A stretch of DNA of 64,000 nucleotides, taken from an uncultured virus (IMG/VR IMGVR_UViG_3300028591_000107) (lineage: Duplodnaviria; Heunggongvirae; Uroviricota; Caudoviricetes). Location of the stretch: the IMG/VR virus record IMGVR_UViG_3300028591_000107, one strand, 5' to 3'. Positions 9,743-19,935 of this stretch are shown one piece after another; the stretch's first letter is position 1; the number at the start of each line of letters is the position of its first letter. A program made the position numbers and the translations under genes. Under the pieces are notes generated by a model that made no database searches, was not told where the DNA came from, and saw only the letters and a list, made by a program, of their open reading frames with translations.

Positions 9743-10372
9743 TTACCATCTATTTTTTAAATTCATATCACCAAATCGTTGACCAAATTTAGCTATTTCT
9801 TCTTTTGAATAATTACAAAACAGATAATCGATTTTTTCTTCATCCATTTTTGATAATACATAATTGAAACAATCAAGTATCATATATGATTCTCTTGGTG
9901 TTATACTAACACTTTCAGATTCCTTTTCATAATCTTCATCTAAATCATATTTGTCTATAATATCTTCATAAACTTCCAATTCACATGCACCACCATTATA
10001 AAATGACACCGCAAATTCGAATTCATCTTTTGATACTCTATTATGAATATTAATATCAGCTTCATCTAAATCACAATGTTCATGATCAAGATATTTAATA
10101 AGAAGATGTTCGGCATTAGGATTACGTTCATATGACTTAGGATCATGTATATTTGGAAGATAATGCTTATATGTAATCATGTTATATTCATGATCAAACT
10201 CATCACCATTAAATGGTTCATTATCTTCTAAATCATAAATTTTGCCAGTTTCTTCATCTATATCGAGTTCAATTCTTTCTTCAAGATTATTGTCTTTAAT
10301 ATACTTTTTAATAGCTTCATCTCCACGAGCTACTATCTTAATTTTACCTTTATGAAATTCTGTGTAACTCAT
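9743..10372 (-). CDS. hypothetical protein
   Basis: 209-aa ORF. Confidence 0.75.
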   Translation of the reverse strand: MSYTEFHKGKIKIVARGDEAIKKYIKDNNLEERIELDIDEETGKIYDLEDNEPFNGDEFDHEYNMITYKHYLPNIHDPKSYERNPNAEHLLIKYLDHEHCDLDEADINIHNRVSKDEFEFAVSFYNGGACELEVYEDIIDKYDLDEDYEKESESVSITPRESYMILDCFNYVLSKMDEEKIDYLFCNYSKEEIAKFGQRFGDMNLKNRW

Positions 10373-10373
10373 A

Positions 10374-11393
10374 TTACTTTAAATTTTTTGTACAATATTC
10401 ATATAATTTCTCATCTACATCACATTGTTTAGATGCTCTATGATGTACATGGCGACCAATATAATTTGATCTGGTTACATATATATCATTATCTCTAAAC
10501 ATAATACCAGGAATAAAATCTATTAGGTTATAAGTACCAAATAACTCTTTATGTGGATCAAATTCTTGTGGGAATTCAATTTTATAATTATGACAAGGTT
10601 TATAATCACCTACATTATAAAAAACTTCTACTTTATCCCAAGGATATTCCTTAATACGTTCTTTAAAAGCAGCTAATTTTTCTTCAGGAGTTAATTCGAT
10701 AACCAATCCCTTTTTACGTGAAGGATATACATAACCTTCATATGATTTTACAAATTTATATGCTTCAGGATATTTTGCTTCAATTTTCTTTTTTTTATAA
10801 TTATTTCCGGCATAATTAAATATCATATCATAATTAATATCCTCATCGACAATATTAAATTTATCTTTTACAACCCAATAATTTGCCAATGTAGATATTT
10901 GCCAACAATAATTATATAAAACATCTTCTAATGATGATTCTTTAAGATTTTCTTCAAACATATTAATTCCTTTAGAATCAATTAACCTATTATTAAGAAC
11001 ATTATCTTTATTTTTGAAAAAATCATCAAGTTTATCCCAAGAATATCCTATATCTTCTGCAATTTTATATGGTATTAATTGAAAATGTTGGAAATTAAGA
11101 TATTTTGGATCTGTAACAGTTGATTCATAGTCTTCATAAATTACGTTTTTGGTATTTGCCTTTTCAATAAATTCTGTAAGAATACGATTAACTATTGATT
11201 GATCATATCCACGTTTACGTTCACTTTTTATTTTATGAACTTTTATTTCTGTAATAACTTCATTAAGAATCCATTTATCACCATTATTAGGCATTTTATC
11301 TTTTGCCCATTCCTTAAATTCTTCAATACTTGCAAAATGTTTACGTGTATCACCATTTTGAACAATAAATTCTGTAGATTTATTATCTTTCAT
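10374..11393 (-). CDS. hypothetical protein
   Basis: 339-aa ORF. Confidence 0.75.
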   Translation of the reverse strand: MKDNKSTEFIVQNGDTRKHFASIEEFKEWAKDKMPNNGDKWILNEVITEIKVHKIKSERKRGYDQSIVNRILTEFIEKANTKNVIYEDYESTVTDPKYLNFQHFQLIPYKIAEDIGYSWDKLDDFFKNKDNVLNNRLIDSKGINMFEENLKESSLEDVLYNYCWQISTLANYWVVKDKFNIVDEDINYDMIFNYAGNNYKKKKIEAKYPEAYKFVKSYEGYVYPSRKKGLVIELTPEEKLAAFKERIKEYPWDKVEVFYNVGDYKPCHNYKIEFPQEFDPHKELFGTYNLIDFIPGIMFRDNDIYVTRSNYIGRHVHHRASKQCDVDEKLYEYCTKNLK

Positions 11394-11412
11394 ATATTTT
11401 AAATTATTTATA

Positions 11413-11688
11413 TTACCAAGGATTATAACATTTAAATTTATACCATTTTATTTTATCAGGATAACAACCATATTTATTTTTATATTCTTTAAAAGTTATA
11501 TATTTACCATCCTGTATAAAAAATCCTACTAAACTTTTATCATATTCAAAAGCGCTATGTTTTATATAATACATATATTGACTATACAAATAATCATATA
11601 TTGGACTAATAATACAAAAATATATAAAACTAAGTAATATTAATCCACCAATTATCATACAAACATATTCTAATATTGTTAAAAACAT
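11413..11688 (-). CDS. hypothetical membrane protein
   Basis: N-terminal hydrophobic helix. Confidence 0.65.
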   Translation of the reverse strand: MFLTILEYVCMIIGGLILLSFIYFCIISPIYDYLYSQYMYYIKHSAFEYDKSLVGFFIQDGKYITFKEYKNKYGCYPDKIKWYKFKCYNPW

Positions 11689-11689
11689 A

Positions 11690-12169
11690 TTATTTTAGAT
11701 TTTCTTTTATCCATTCTGTAATATTGTCAAATATTCTATATTCACTAAATTCATCTTCAGAATATTTTGAACTTTGTATATTAAATTCGCGTACATATTT
11801 ATCTTTCAATCTACTTAACTCTGATAATTCATATTTATTGCTAAAATATAGTTTATCAAATTCATCTGCCGGTTCATGATTTTTATATGTCTGTACTTCT
11901 CCAAGATTATTGAGAAAATACTTGTCATTTTTATCCAATATGTTTTCCATCTGTTCAATAGTCAGATCTTTACACATGCCAGGATATTCTCTTTTCATAT
12001 TATCAAAATGAATCTTTATGGCTTCTTCATAAGTAATATCGTGGTCAAACTTCATAGCCCACATCTCACTAGCTATGCCCATATATAAACCTTTACGACC
12101 AGAAGTAGTAACATATAAATCTCCTTTATTAAAATGTTTCTCTAAAAATATTGTTTCCTCCATAATCAT
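11690..12169 (-). CDS. hypothetical protein
   Basis: ORF; start moved to 12169 to avoid overlap with the upstream gene. Confidence 0.65.
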   Translation of the reverse strand: MIMEETIFLEKHFNKGDLYVTTSGRKGLYMGIASEMWAMKFDHDITYEEAIKIHFDNMKREYPGMCKDLTIEQMENILDKNDKYFLNNLGEVQTYKNHEPADEFDKLYFSNKYELSELSRLKDKYVREFNIQSSKYSEDEFSEYRIFDNITEWIKENLK

Positions 12170-12174
12170 AACAT

Positions 12175-12396
12175 TTAAATTAAACCATACATACGTGCAA
12201 ATATAGCTTGAACACAAGGATCAACATTACCATCTTTATCTGCATGTTTACTTGCTTCTTTTATTGCATTTTGATGTCTTATTTTAACATCTCCTGAAAG
12301 TTTATCATTATCAACGGCTTTTAAAACTCCGGTTTTACCACAAGCATCTACAACTTTTAGTGCAATTTCATTTTTAACATCTTGATATGTACTCAT
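12175..12396 (-). CDS. hypothetical protein
   Basis: ORF in gene string. Confidence 0.65.
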   Translation of the reverse strand: MSTYQDVKNEIALKVVDACGKTGVLKAVDNDKLSGDVKIRHQNAIKEASKHADKDGNVDPCVQAIFARMYGLI

Positions 12397-12407
12397 ATAA
12401 ATAGAAT

Positions 12408-13031
12408 TTAAATAGTATTACGACACATTCCCAAACTCATCATCTGATTATTTATAATTTGGTCAACTTCTTTCCAAGATACTGGAGTAAAATCATTATT
12501 ATCTACACCAACATCATATTGAGAAGTGAACAACATTTTCATACGTTGTTGGTCAAGACCTTCATCAGTATAAGGTGAAGTATGAACATGACCAAACAAT
12601 TGATATGATGCATCTACACCTCGCCATGCACCAGAAAATGCAAGCATTGGATAATGATTCAAAATAACGTGACGTTTACCAACTTTCATATTGATTTGTT
12701 GAGTCATCAATTCAAATCTCCATGCATGTTGAAATATAATTCTACGCCAATCATGATTACCTATAACAAGATATATAGTACCATTAAGACGTTCAAGAAT
12801 TTTGTCAACTTTATCAGGATCACCAAAGGCCACATCCCCAAGATGAAATACAATTCCATCCTTAGGTACCTTTTCATTCCAACGATAAATTAACTCTTCA
12901 TCATTCTCTTCTACATCTCTAAATGGACGCTTACAATACTTTATAATATTCTCATGACAAAAGTGTGTATCTGAAGTGAAAAACATTTTCTCAGCATCCT
13001 TATCAGTATAAATAAATTGTTTATTATTCAT
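12408..13031 (-). CDS. calcineurin-like metallophosphoesterase
   Basis: FTSDTHF, HLGD, IGNHD, HYP, FGHVH, DVGVD. Confidence 0.9.
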   Translation of the reverse strand: MNNKQFIYTDKDAEKMFFTSDTHFCHENIIKYCKRPFRDVEENDEELIYRWNEKVPKDGIVFHLGDVAFGDPDKVDKILERLNGTIYLVIGNHDWRRIIFQHAWRFELMTQQINMKVGKRHVILNHYPMLAFSGAWRGVDASYQLFGHVHTSPYTDEGLDQQRMKMLFTSQYDVGVDNNDFTPVSWKEVDQIINNQMMSLGMCRNTI

Positions 13032-13053
13032 TATTATATTACTAAATTATTAT

Positions 13054-13314
13054 TTACCATGAAATTATTGTGTCATCTGCTGGATCCCATTGACATCCTG
13101 AAAAATGACTTATTTTAAAACCTTTTGATTTTAGAAATTCTTTTGTGGCTTTCATTAATGTCTTATTTGAAAATGTTATTTCATGTCTACCTCCAAAACG
13201 AGCTTTATCAATTAAACCATAAATCCAATCTAATTCATCTTTTAATTTATCAGAATTGATTGCATCAGAAATTTCTCTTGCCTCTTCAGCACTAAAATAC
13301 TTTTTATCATCCAT
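13054..13314 (-). CDS. hypothetical protein
   Basis: ORF in gene string. Confidence 0.7.
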   Translation of the reverse strand: MDDKKYFSAEEAREISDAINSDKLKDELDWIYGLIDKARFGGRHEITFSNKTLMKATKEFLKSKGFKISHFSGCQWDPADDTIISW

Positions 13315-13328
13315 ATATTTAATGTTTA

Positions 13329-13625
13329 TTATTGTTCATTTTCAGCTTCAATTTCTTTAGCAAAATTATAATTTGTCATATACCATACAAGAGCATCAAT
13401 AAGATTATTATCTTCAAAAATATTAAACCAAGTATCTTTGTTCCAATTATCTAATTTGCTATGGTATTTAAAATAATTATTTATGTTTTTTTGAAGATAA
13501 TTGATGCATTGTGTACGACTGAAGAATCTTGTAACAAAGCCATCAAAGTAATCTTCATCAGATAATACTGTCAAAATACGTCTGGCAGTCATCTTTGCAA
13601 TTAGCATTTTCTTATCTTTATTCAT
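13329..13625 (-). CDS. hypothetical protein
   Basis: First gene after a class I promoter. Confidence 0.7.
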   Translation of the reverse strand: MNKDKKMLIAKMTARRILTVLSDEDYFDGFVTRFFSRTQCINYLQKNINNYFKYHSKLDNWNKDTWFNIFEDNNLIDALVWYMTNYNFAKEIEAENEQ

Positions 13626-13650
13626 AATTCATCCAAATTTATTTTTATAT

Positions 13651-13688
13651 AATATAGAAATTGGTACGTTATATTCAACATACCAATT
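13651..13688 (-). promoter_or_regulatory. class I promoter overlapping a terminator-like hairpin
   Basis: TTGAAT-N16-TATATT (13678..13651) inside the aattggta...taccaatt inverted repeat (13659..13688). Confidence 0.65.
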
Positions 13689-13703
13689 ATTTTTTAATAT
13701 TTT

Positions 13704-13985
13704 TTAAACTTTGAATTCTTTCACAATCTCATAATTTGAATTCCCATAGTGTTCTGCATGAAAACATTTTACATAAGATTCTGCTTCTTCAATTGTATCA
13801 AATTTACTTAATGATATAAAACCACCACCAGAATCCCATACAAAATCACCAACATCATGCCAAAAGCCAAATATTGTACCTTTACGTTTAGCAAAAAACT
13901 TGTCATTTTCAATCAATTCATAAATTCCCTTTTCTTTATTGAATTTATGATCTCTTTCAATATATTTTACAATTTTATATATCAT
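13704..13985 (-). CDS. hypothetical protein
   Basis: ORF in gene string. Confidence 0.7.
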   Translation of the reverse strand: MIYKIVKYIERDHKFNKEKGIYELIENDKFFAKRKGTIFGFWHDVGDFVWDSGGGFISLSKFDTIEEAESYVKCFHAEHYGNSNYEIVKEFKV

Positions 13986-13986
13986 G

Positions 13987-14226
13987 TTATTTTTCGTTTA
14001 ATAATGCGTCTAAATATCTCCATCTTATAATTTTATCTTTTTCACAGAAATAATCATCTGCTTCTTCATCATCCCAACATTGTTCAGTTATATTAAAGTA
14101 TCTAATTCCAAAGAATCCAATATCTTCAACTAAACACGGTATTTGTGGATAATCATCTTTTTCATATTGTCCAAATACCTCTGGATATTCTCCATTATCG
14201 GTATAGTGCCATTTATTGTCTATCAT
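13987..14226 (-). CDS. hypothetical protein (DUF551-like layout)
   Basis: W...P...CLV...W...IIRWRY layout. Confidence 0.6.
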   Translation of the reverse strand: MIDNKWHYTDNGEYPEVFGQYEKDDYPQIPCLVEDIGFFGIRYFNITEQCWDDEEADDYFCEKDKIIRWRYLDALLNEK

Positions 14227-14229
14227 AAT

Positions 14230-14640
14230 TTAATCTGGTATATTTTTGAAACATTCTTTATATTTTTCTACATAAGCATATTCTTTATCGTACTTTTCTT
14301 TAAGCTTTTTTAATTTTTCAACTCTATAATTATACAAATCTGTTACATATTTGATAGCCATTTCTTTATTGGAAAATATCAATGTACTACCATATTTAGT
14401 TTTACTTACGCATTTATTTAAATTATATTCATCAAACTCAACAGTATTTTCTTTACCTTGAGAATTTTTATACGTAACAATGATATATTTGTTTTTTCTT
14501 TTTACCTTTTTATGATCCCAAGTATAATCAACTGAAGTTTCACATAAATTATCAATATTCGTAATTATATAATATCCAATTTGCATTCTTTGATAATTAT
14601 ATATACGATCTCCTATTTTTAAATCTTTAAATGTTTTCAT
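14230..14640 (-). CDS. hypothetical protein (likely paralog of 1468..1806)
   Basis: Start MKTFKDLKIGD at 14640 gives ATGA coupling with the upstream gene. Confidence 0.7.
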   Translation of the reverse strand: MKTFKDLKIGDRIYNYQRMQIGYYIITNIDNLCETSVDYTWDHKKVKRKNKYIIVTYKNSQGKENTVEFDEYNLNKCVSKTKYGSTLIFSNKEMAIKYVTDLYNYRVEKLKKLKEKYDKEYAYVEKYKECFKNIPD

Positions 14641-15107
14641 CGTGGATAAATTATATCTAATTGTTTCCAAGTTAAATTATCGTATCTAAATAATATTTTC
14701 TTTAAAGGTGCATCTTTAAAAGAAGATATTTTTACAAAACCAAGATATTTCATTAAAAAATATTCTTCTTGAAGCATTCCTTGTGGTTTCTTTTCAAAAA
14801 ATTTAGCTTCACAATTCCTATATTTTTCAAAATATATCTTATTATCATAAATAATATCTCTTACAATTTTTTCATGTTCACAAGAATTACATTTAATACA
14901 TTCACCTTCAATTGTAACATATCCAGTAAATGGAAATTTTTCACCTAATTCTACTTGAATTGGTATATCTTGTGTGGACATAAATTCAGTTTTAGCCTTA
15001 TTATAACCAGCATTTACTCCACTATCATAATAATCATCTTCAGTCCATTTATAATTAAAATATAATTTATCTTGATGATTTAATATTCTATGTAATTTCC
15101 AATTCAT
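14637..15107 (-). CDS. hypothetical protein
   Basis: 156-aa ORF. Confidence 0.7.
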   Translation of the reverse strand: MNWKLHRILNHQDKLYFNYKWTEDDYYDSGVNAGYNKAKTEFMSTQDIPIQVELGEKFPFTGYVTIEGECIKCNSCEHEKIVRDIIYDNKIYFEKYRNCEAKFFEKKPQGMLQEEYFLMKYLGFVKISSFKDAPLKKILFRYDNLTWKQLDIIYPR

Positions 15108-15108
15108 A

Positions 15109-15366
15109 TTATAAATTATTTAACATATTTTCTTCATCAGTAATATTTTCAACATAAAATCCATAATGCCATCTTCCATCTTTTTTATATGGTTTTTGAT
15201 GTGTTATAATAATATCATATCCAATTCCTAAAGATTCTTCAGTAGTATATGTAACATATATTTCATCATCTGTAAAATTATGTCTTTCTTTATAAATTTG
15301 AAGTCTTTCTAACTCTAATTTAGTTAATTTCTTATATGGATATTTAATTCTTCTATACATAATCAA
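15109..15366 (-). CDS. hypothetical protein
   Basis: ORF, ATGA overlap. Confidence 0.65.
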   Translation of the reverse strand: MIMYRRIKYPYKKLTKLELERLQIYKERHNFTDDEIYVTYTTEESLGIGYDIIITHQKPYKKDGRWHYGFYVENITDEENMLNNL

Positions 15367-16013
15367 ATATTTTCATAAAGTAATGTTATGTGATTTTTCT
15401 TTACATCCGGGAATTCTCTATCGAATTTATATTCCTCCCACTTATTTCTATACTCCTGCATATTAAATGGTCTAGTCAAAATATGTATGCCACTACGAGT
15501 AGGAATTCGATTGATTATTACTGGAGCATATTTTGAGTTACAACTATTAATAATCTTAGTTAATTGATTCAAATAATGAACATCGGATTCATTATTCATA
15601 TTAATATCATCTACATCAATTAACCAAGTATTATCATTCTTAGCTGTTATCTTTCCAAATACATGATCACCAACTCTCCAAGGCTTCTTATATTCATTAT
15701 TGAGAATATTCTGAGTGAACTTGAATGCACACATCTTAGAATATTCCTCTTTTGATTTTACATTCACTGATACATAAGCACGTAAACCAAACAATTCACA
15801 ACACTTAATCATTTCATCCTTAAGATGGTCAAACTTTTCTATACTATCAATATAATATGACTTAAATGTATAATTAGCTGCTGGTAAATTTGGATGATCT
15901 TTACCACGACGAATTAAACTAACAACAAAGAAAAGGTCTCCCATATCTTTATCTTTCAATGGAATACCTTCTTTAATCATATAATATTTTATTAAATCGA
16001 AATTATTTGTCAT
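15363..16013 (-). CDS. conserved phage protein, possible AEP/Prim-Pol-like fold
   Basis: WLIDVDD and PTRSGIHIL resemble AEP motifs I and II. Confidence 0.45.
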   Translation of the reverse strand: MTNNFDLIKYYMIKEGIPLKDKDMGDLFFVVSLIRRGKDHPNLPAANYTFKSYYIDSIEKFDHLKDEMIKCCELFGLRAYVSVNVKSKEEYSKMCAFKFTQNILNNEYKKPWRVGDHVFGKITAKNDNTWLIDVDDINMNNESDVHYLNQLTKIINSCNSKYAPVIINRIPTRSGIHILTRPFNMQEYRNKWEEYKFDREFPDVKKNHITLLYENI

Positions 16014-16015
16014 AT

Positions 16016-16297
16016 TTAATCTTCTGAATGATAATATGTATAACTTATAATCATTTCAGGGCTCTTACGCTCATCATTTACAATACATTCTCTGATTTGA
16101 ACTTTATCAAAACCATTATAGATAACCTCATCAGAATCAACTAACTTATTAGTTTCTCTATCTAATATCTGATAATGTTTATTTAGGTTTTCTTCCATCC
16201 ACTTCTTCATCCACTTCTTAGCACCTTTAAATGTAAAAGTGCGATTAAGAACTTGACCTTTAAATGAAATCTCCCAGAATGTAAATTTAATCTTCAT
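16016..16297 (-). CDS. hypothetical protein
   Basis: First gene after a class I promoter. Confidence 0.7.
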   Translation of the reverse strand: MKIKFTFWEISFKGQVLNRTFTFKGAKKWMKKWMEENLNKHYQILDRETNKLVDSDEVIYNGFDKVQIRECIVNDERKSPEMIISYTYYHSED

Positions 16298-16324
16298 CGT
16301 TTATTTTATTTGTTTTACATATAC

Positions 16325-16353
16325 AATATAGAAACAAATATAAAAAAATTCAA
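16325..16353 (-). promoter_or_regulatory. class I promoter motif
   Basis: TTGAAT-N17-TATATT, followed by leader gtaaaacaaataaaa. Confidence 0.7.
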
Positions 16354-16392
16354 ATATAATTTATTTTTTATATTCATATTAATAACATATAT

Positions 16393-16408
16393 TTATTTTT
16401 ATATAAAT
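16393..16408 (+). promoter_or_regulatory. putative class II (late?) promoter motif
   Basis: ttatttttatataaat about 21 nt upstream of a leader-tagged gene. Confidence 0.4.
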
Positions 16409-16429
16409 TAAATATTAAAATTATACTTT

Positions 16430-18049
16430 ATGAAACAAATATCTCAATGTATATTTGAGGCTTCTGGGAAGCCATCTGACCTAAAGAAATATAAAAGAAC
16501 TGAACGTAAAGAGACTGTCCATTTTAGGGGAGGTGATATGTTTGACACCAAGGATCCTGGATATGATGATGAGTTCTCATATTTTGATGGATCTGGTAAT
16601 GGTTATATAAAAGATAAGCAAGGTCATGTTTATGATGTTATTACTTCTGATAGAGCTGGTGATGCCGGTGCTATTGCCGGTGGTTCACATGATTATTTTG
16701 TAACTATTAAGAAAGCTAATGGTAAAGATGATTTCCATGTTCATGGTTATACTGCAATCATGTCAAACCCACATAATGCCGGTTGTATTGAAGATATTAA
16801 AGCTGGTTATTATCTTGAAGATTATATTGCAAAATATTGGAATGAGTGGGATGATAAAGATGGTAAATTTAAGGAATTGGCAGAAAAGGGTGATAAAAAT
16901 GCTAAAGCTTATGATGATCAAAAAGCAGAAAAAATTCAACAAAAGAAAAATGAATTTGACACAAGATACATCGCCATTCCGGAAAGATTTTCGTGGGAAA
17001 TTATTGATGGTAATTTTAATGTCAATCTAAATCTTACAAGTGGTTCAATAAAAGAGCTTGAAAATAAACGTTCTAAATGGCTCGATCAAAATCATTTAAA
17101 ATCTTGGGAAGCAGAAGATAATCCAGAATTTGTAAAAATAAAAGAAGAAATTTCTACAAAGTATAAAGAATTAAAACAAACTATTTTGGATGTATTAATG
17201 CCAGTACTTATTGATAGATTACAGAAAGTATTTAAGACTAAAGATTTGAAATCACTTTCTGGTTTAACAGGTTCGTTTGTATATGATCATAAACTTGCTA
17301 AAGGAAAGAATTTTGGATATATAAAACTTGCAATTGATACAAAGAAAAAAGAATTTGTTTTTAAAGATGAAGTTAACTACAAAATAGTTGATAGTGATAT
17401 TGAATTACAACTTAATGATAATATAGCTGTCTTTAGAGATAAAGCTTCTGATAAAATGCTTGCATTATTCAAAAAAGTTTCTGAGGCATGGAAAAAATCA
17501 GAAGGTAGAAAACAAACTGAATATGTAAAAGACCATTGGGAGAAGATTTATCATGATTCAGCTGGTGGTTATCGTTGGGGAAATCATTCCAAAACAAAAG
17601 GACAAGCTAAAGCCGAAGCTAAACAAGATTTTGAAAATATAGTTAAGGATCATGATTTTAGTAATGTTTCAAAAAATAGATTTGAATATTCACTGGCATT
17701 AGTACAAGTTTATGTTGAAGGAGATATGGAACCTGAAGCAGAACCAATAGAAAAACCACTTGAAAATCCAGAACCAAAAGAAAAGAAAGAACGTGGTAAA
17801 GATACAAAAATGAGTAAAGGTGCTAATGCAGCTGCTTATGATAAAATGAAAGCATGGCATGAAGGTACTCGTAAGCAAAATCTTTCGAATTGTTCTGATG
17901 CAAAACTTAAGATGAACTATAAAGTTTGTAAAGAGCTTGGGTTTGATAAAGAAATGGGATTACTTAAAGCTGAAGCGGAAAAACGTAATATAAACATTGA
18001 AGAAAAACTTTCAATATCTGAAATTATTCTATGTGAATCTGAAGATTAA
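16430..18049 (+). CDS. putative capsid-internal protein with capsid-targeting-like leader (539 aa)
   Basis: MKQISQCIFE|A; C-terminus LSISEIILCE|S echoes the leader; Lys/Glu-rich. Confidence 0.6.
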   Translation: MKQISQCIFEASGKPSDLKKYKRTERKETVHFRGGDMFDTKDPGYDDEFSYFDGSGNGYIKDKQGHVYDVITSDRAGDAGAIAGGSHDYFVTIKKANGKDDFHVHGYTAIMSNPHNAGCIEDIKAGYYLEDYIAKYWNEWDDKDGKFKELAEKGDKNAKAYDDQKAEKIQQKKNEFDTRYIAIPERFSWEIIDGNFNVNLNLTSGSIKELENKRSKWLDQNHLKSWEAEDNPEFVKIKEEISTKYKELKQTILDVLMPVLIDRLQKVFKTKDLKSLSGLTGSFVYDHKLAKGKNFGYIKLAIDTKKKEFVFKDEVNYKIVDSDIELQLNDNIAVFRDKASDKMLALFKKVSEAWKKSEGRKQTEYVKDHWEKIYHDSAGGYRWGNHSKTKGQAKAEAKQDFENIVKDHDFSNVSKNRFEYSLALVQVYVEGDMEPEAEPIEKPLENPEPKEKKERGKDTKMSKGANAAAYDKMKAWHEGTRKQNLSNCSDAKLKMNYKVCKELGFDKEMGLLKAEAEKRNINIEEKLSISEIILCESED

Positions 18050-18054
18050 ATATA

Positions 18055-18078
18055 AAGGAGTAACTTATGTTACTCCTT
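18055..18078. terminator. bidirectional terminator
   Basis: aaggagtaac-ttat-gttactcctt between convergent genes. Confidence 0.75.
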
Positions 18079-19194
18079 ATTTATTTGTACCTCACCACAT
18101 CCAAAACATACATCATAAGTTTCATCATATAATGTACAAAATTGTCCTGGTGCCATTGTTAAAGGTGTATCAGATATAATCTTCACATCCTTGTCAGAAT
18201 CACAATATATCATCTTACCAGTATAAATCTGTGGTGAATGACGAATTTTAAACTTAACCTTACATATCAATCTAAAATCTTGCTCACCATCCCAGGTACG
18301 ATGTAAATATTCATCTATCATATTTTTTGTAAGCCAATTTACATCTCTACAACAAAACTCACTTACATCGGACTGATCTCTATTAAGAGATACATAAACA
18401 ATATTCTTATCAATATCCTTCTTTACAACATACCAAGGACCTCCTGGCAAACCTAATCCCTTACGTTGACCAATAGTATGGAACCAATATCCATAATGAT
18501 CACCAATCTTTCTATTAGTGTTTATATCAATTATATCACCCTTCTTCTTTCCAAGATATTGCCCAATATACTCATTATAGTTAATCTTTCCAAGGAAACA
18601 AATACCTTGTGAATCCTTACGCTTTGCATTAATAAGATGATTCTCTTCAGCTATTTCACGAACTTCAGTCTTTGTCAAATATCCAATAGGAAACAACATT
18701 TTTGATATTGGAACCTTCTTTGTATCAATATTTGCTATAAAGTCAACTTGATCCTTTACTGGATCTGTTGCAGGACTTATCCACCACTCCTGATTATCTA
18801 TATCACCATATGCTGTTCTTGTTGCATAATGACCAGTTGCTATATAATCATACTTATATCCAATCTTATCATAAAATGCACCAAACTTTATAATAGTATT
18901 GCACATAACATCAGGATTTGGTGTTAGTCCATTACGTACCTTCTCCATAGTATACTTGACAACCTCATCCCAATACTCCTTATGAAGATCAATTATGTCA
19001 AACTTTACCCCATAACGATTAGTAATGGCCCTGCACATCTCAATATCCTCATCCGATGTACAACTATATGTATCATTCTTATCTGGACCTATATGTATAT
19101 AAAAACAATCAGGCTTTAAATTAGCTTGACAAAGCATATGTAATGCCACTGATGAATCTACTCCGCCTGAAAGTAAAAGTGCTATCTTACTCAT
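18070..19194 (-). CDS. mnmA: tRNA 2-thiouridine(34) synthase MnmA
   Basis: LSGGVDSS, TPNPDVMCN, ATGHYA, KDQ, DSQGICF, TIGQRKGLGL, PGQ. Confidence 0.95.
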   Translation of the reverse strand: MSKIALLLSGGVDSSVALHMLCQANLKPDCFYIHIGPDKNDTYSCTSDEDIEMCRAITNRYGVKFDIIDLHKEYWDEVVKYTMEKVRNGLTPNPDVMCNTIIKFGAFYDKIGYKYDYIATGHYATRTAYGDIDNQEWWISPATDPVKDQVDFIANIDTKKVPISKMLFPIGYLTKTEVREIAEENHLINAKRKDSQGICFLGKINYNEYIGQYLGKKKGDIIDINTNRKIGDHYGYWFHTIGQRKGLGLPGGPWYVVKKDIDKNIVYVSLNRDQSDVSEFCCRDVNWLTKNMIDEYLHRTWDGEQDFRLICKVKFKIRHSPQIYTGKMIYCDSDKDVKIISDTPLTMAPGQFCTLYDETYDVCFGCGEVQINKE

Positions 19195-19445
19195 CTTTTA
19201 TATTATAATTTGTAATTACAAAATTCACAATATGCTCTAATAGCCAAGGCTGAATATAATCAACCATTTTGTCATCCTCTAATGCATCAATTATTTCTTG
19301 TCTTGTCATTTCTTACCAATCAAAATATTATACATTCTATTAAGAGCTTCAATTTGATTATGCTCCACCTTTTCATTTTCAATATCATGAGCTACTTCTT
19401 CAAGAAAATAAATGAGCTCCCATGCCTTCTTAATACTTCTCATAA

Positions 19446-19655
19446 TCAAATAAAAAAATAGTTTTTCATTGTTGCCCGAAGTGACTTAATATCATCTTCG
19501 GTAATTTCATTCTTACGACCTTCAATATATCCTTCAAGCCAAAATGATGCTATTTGAAGAGTCATTGCATTCTTTTGGCCATTAAGAGCTTCAACCCCAA
19601 ATGCAACTGCCTTATCAATAATTTCTAATACTTCAAATTCATTAATCTTATACAT
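19446..19655 (-). CDS. hypothetical protein
   Basis: ORF in gene string. Confidence 0.65.
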   Translation of the reverse strand: MYKINEFEVLEIIDKAVAFGVEALNGQKNAMTLQIASFWLEGYIEGRKNEITEDDIKSLRATMKNYFFI

Positions 19656-19658
19656 AAA

Positions 19659-19916
19659 CTAATTATTAAAAGTTACTCCCGTATGTCTATTTCTTACTTG
19701 TTTTCCTTCAAGAATATTGTTTACTACTTCAGTCTCCCATTTTGTTTCTTCTTCATCTCTAAAAATGTATAGATCTTCCTGAAGTTGTTTTACAATTTCA
19801 TTCACAGACATACCATTTTTATGATATTCAAAAACTTTATTTTTAATACCTTCAAAATTTGGTGTCAACCATTCTCTTTCTGGTGGTTCCAAATATTCAT
19901 CAATAAACCATCTCAT
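19659..19916 (-). CDS. hypothetical protein
   Basis: ORF in gene string. Confidence 0.65.
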   Translation of the reverse strand: MRWFIDEYLEPPEREWLTPNFEGIKNKVFEYHKNGMSVNEIVKQLQEDLYIFRDEEETKWETEVVNNILEGKQVRNRHTGVTFNN

Positions 19917-19935
19917 TTCTTATTTGAATTTAATT

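Noticed and set aside
14230..14640. MKTFKDLKIG start as another capsid-targeting leader
   Set aside because: Lacks the IxE at positions 8-10; belongs instead to the KTF..L..GD paralog family with 1468..1806 and sits in a class I operon
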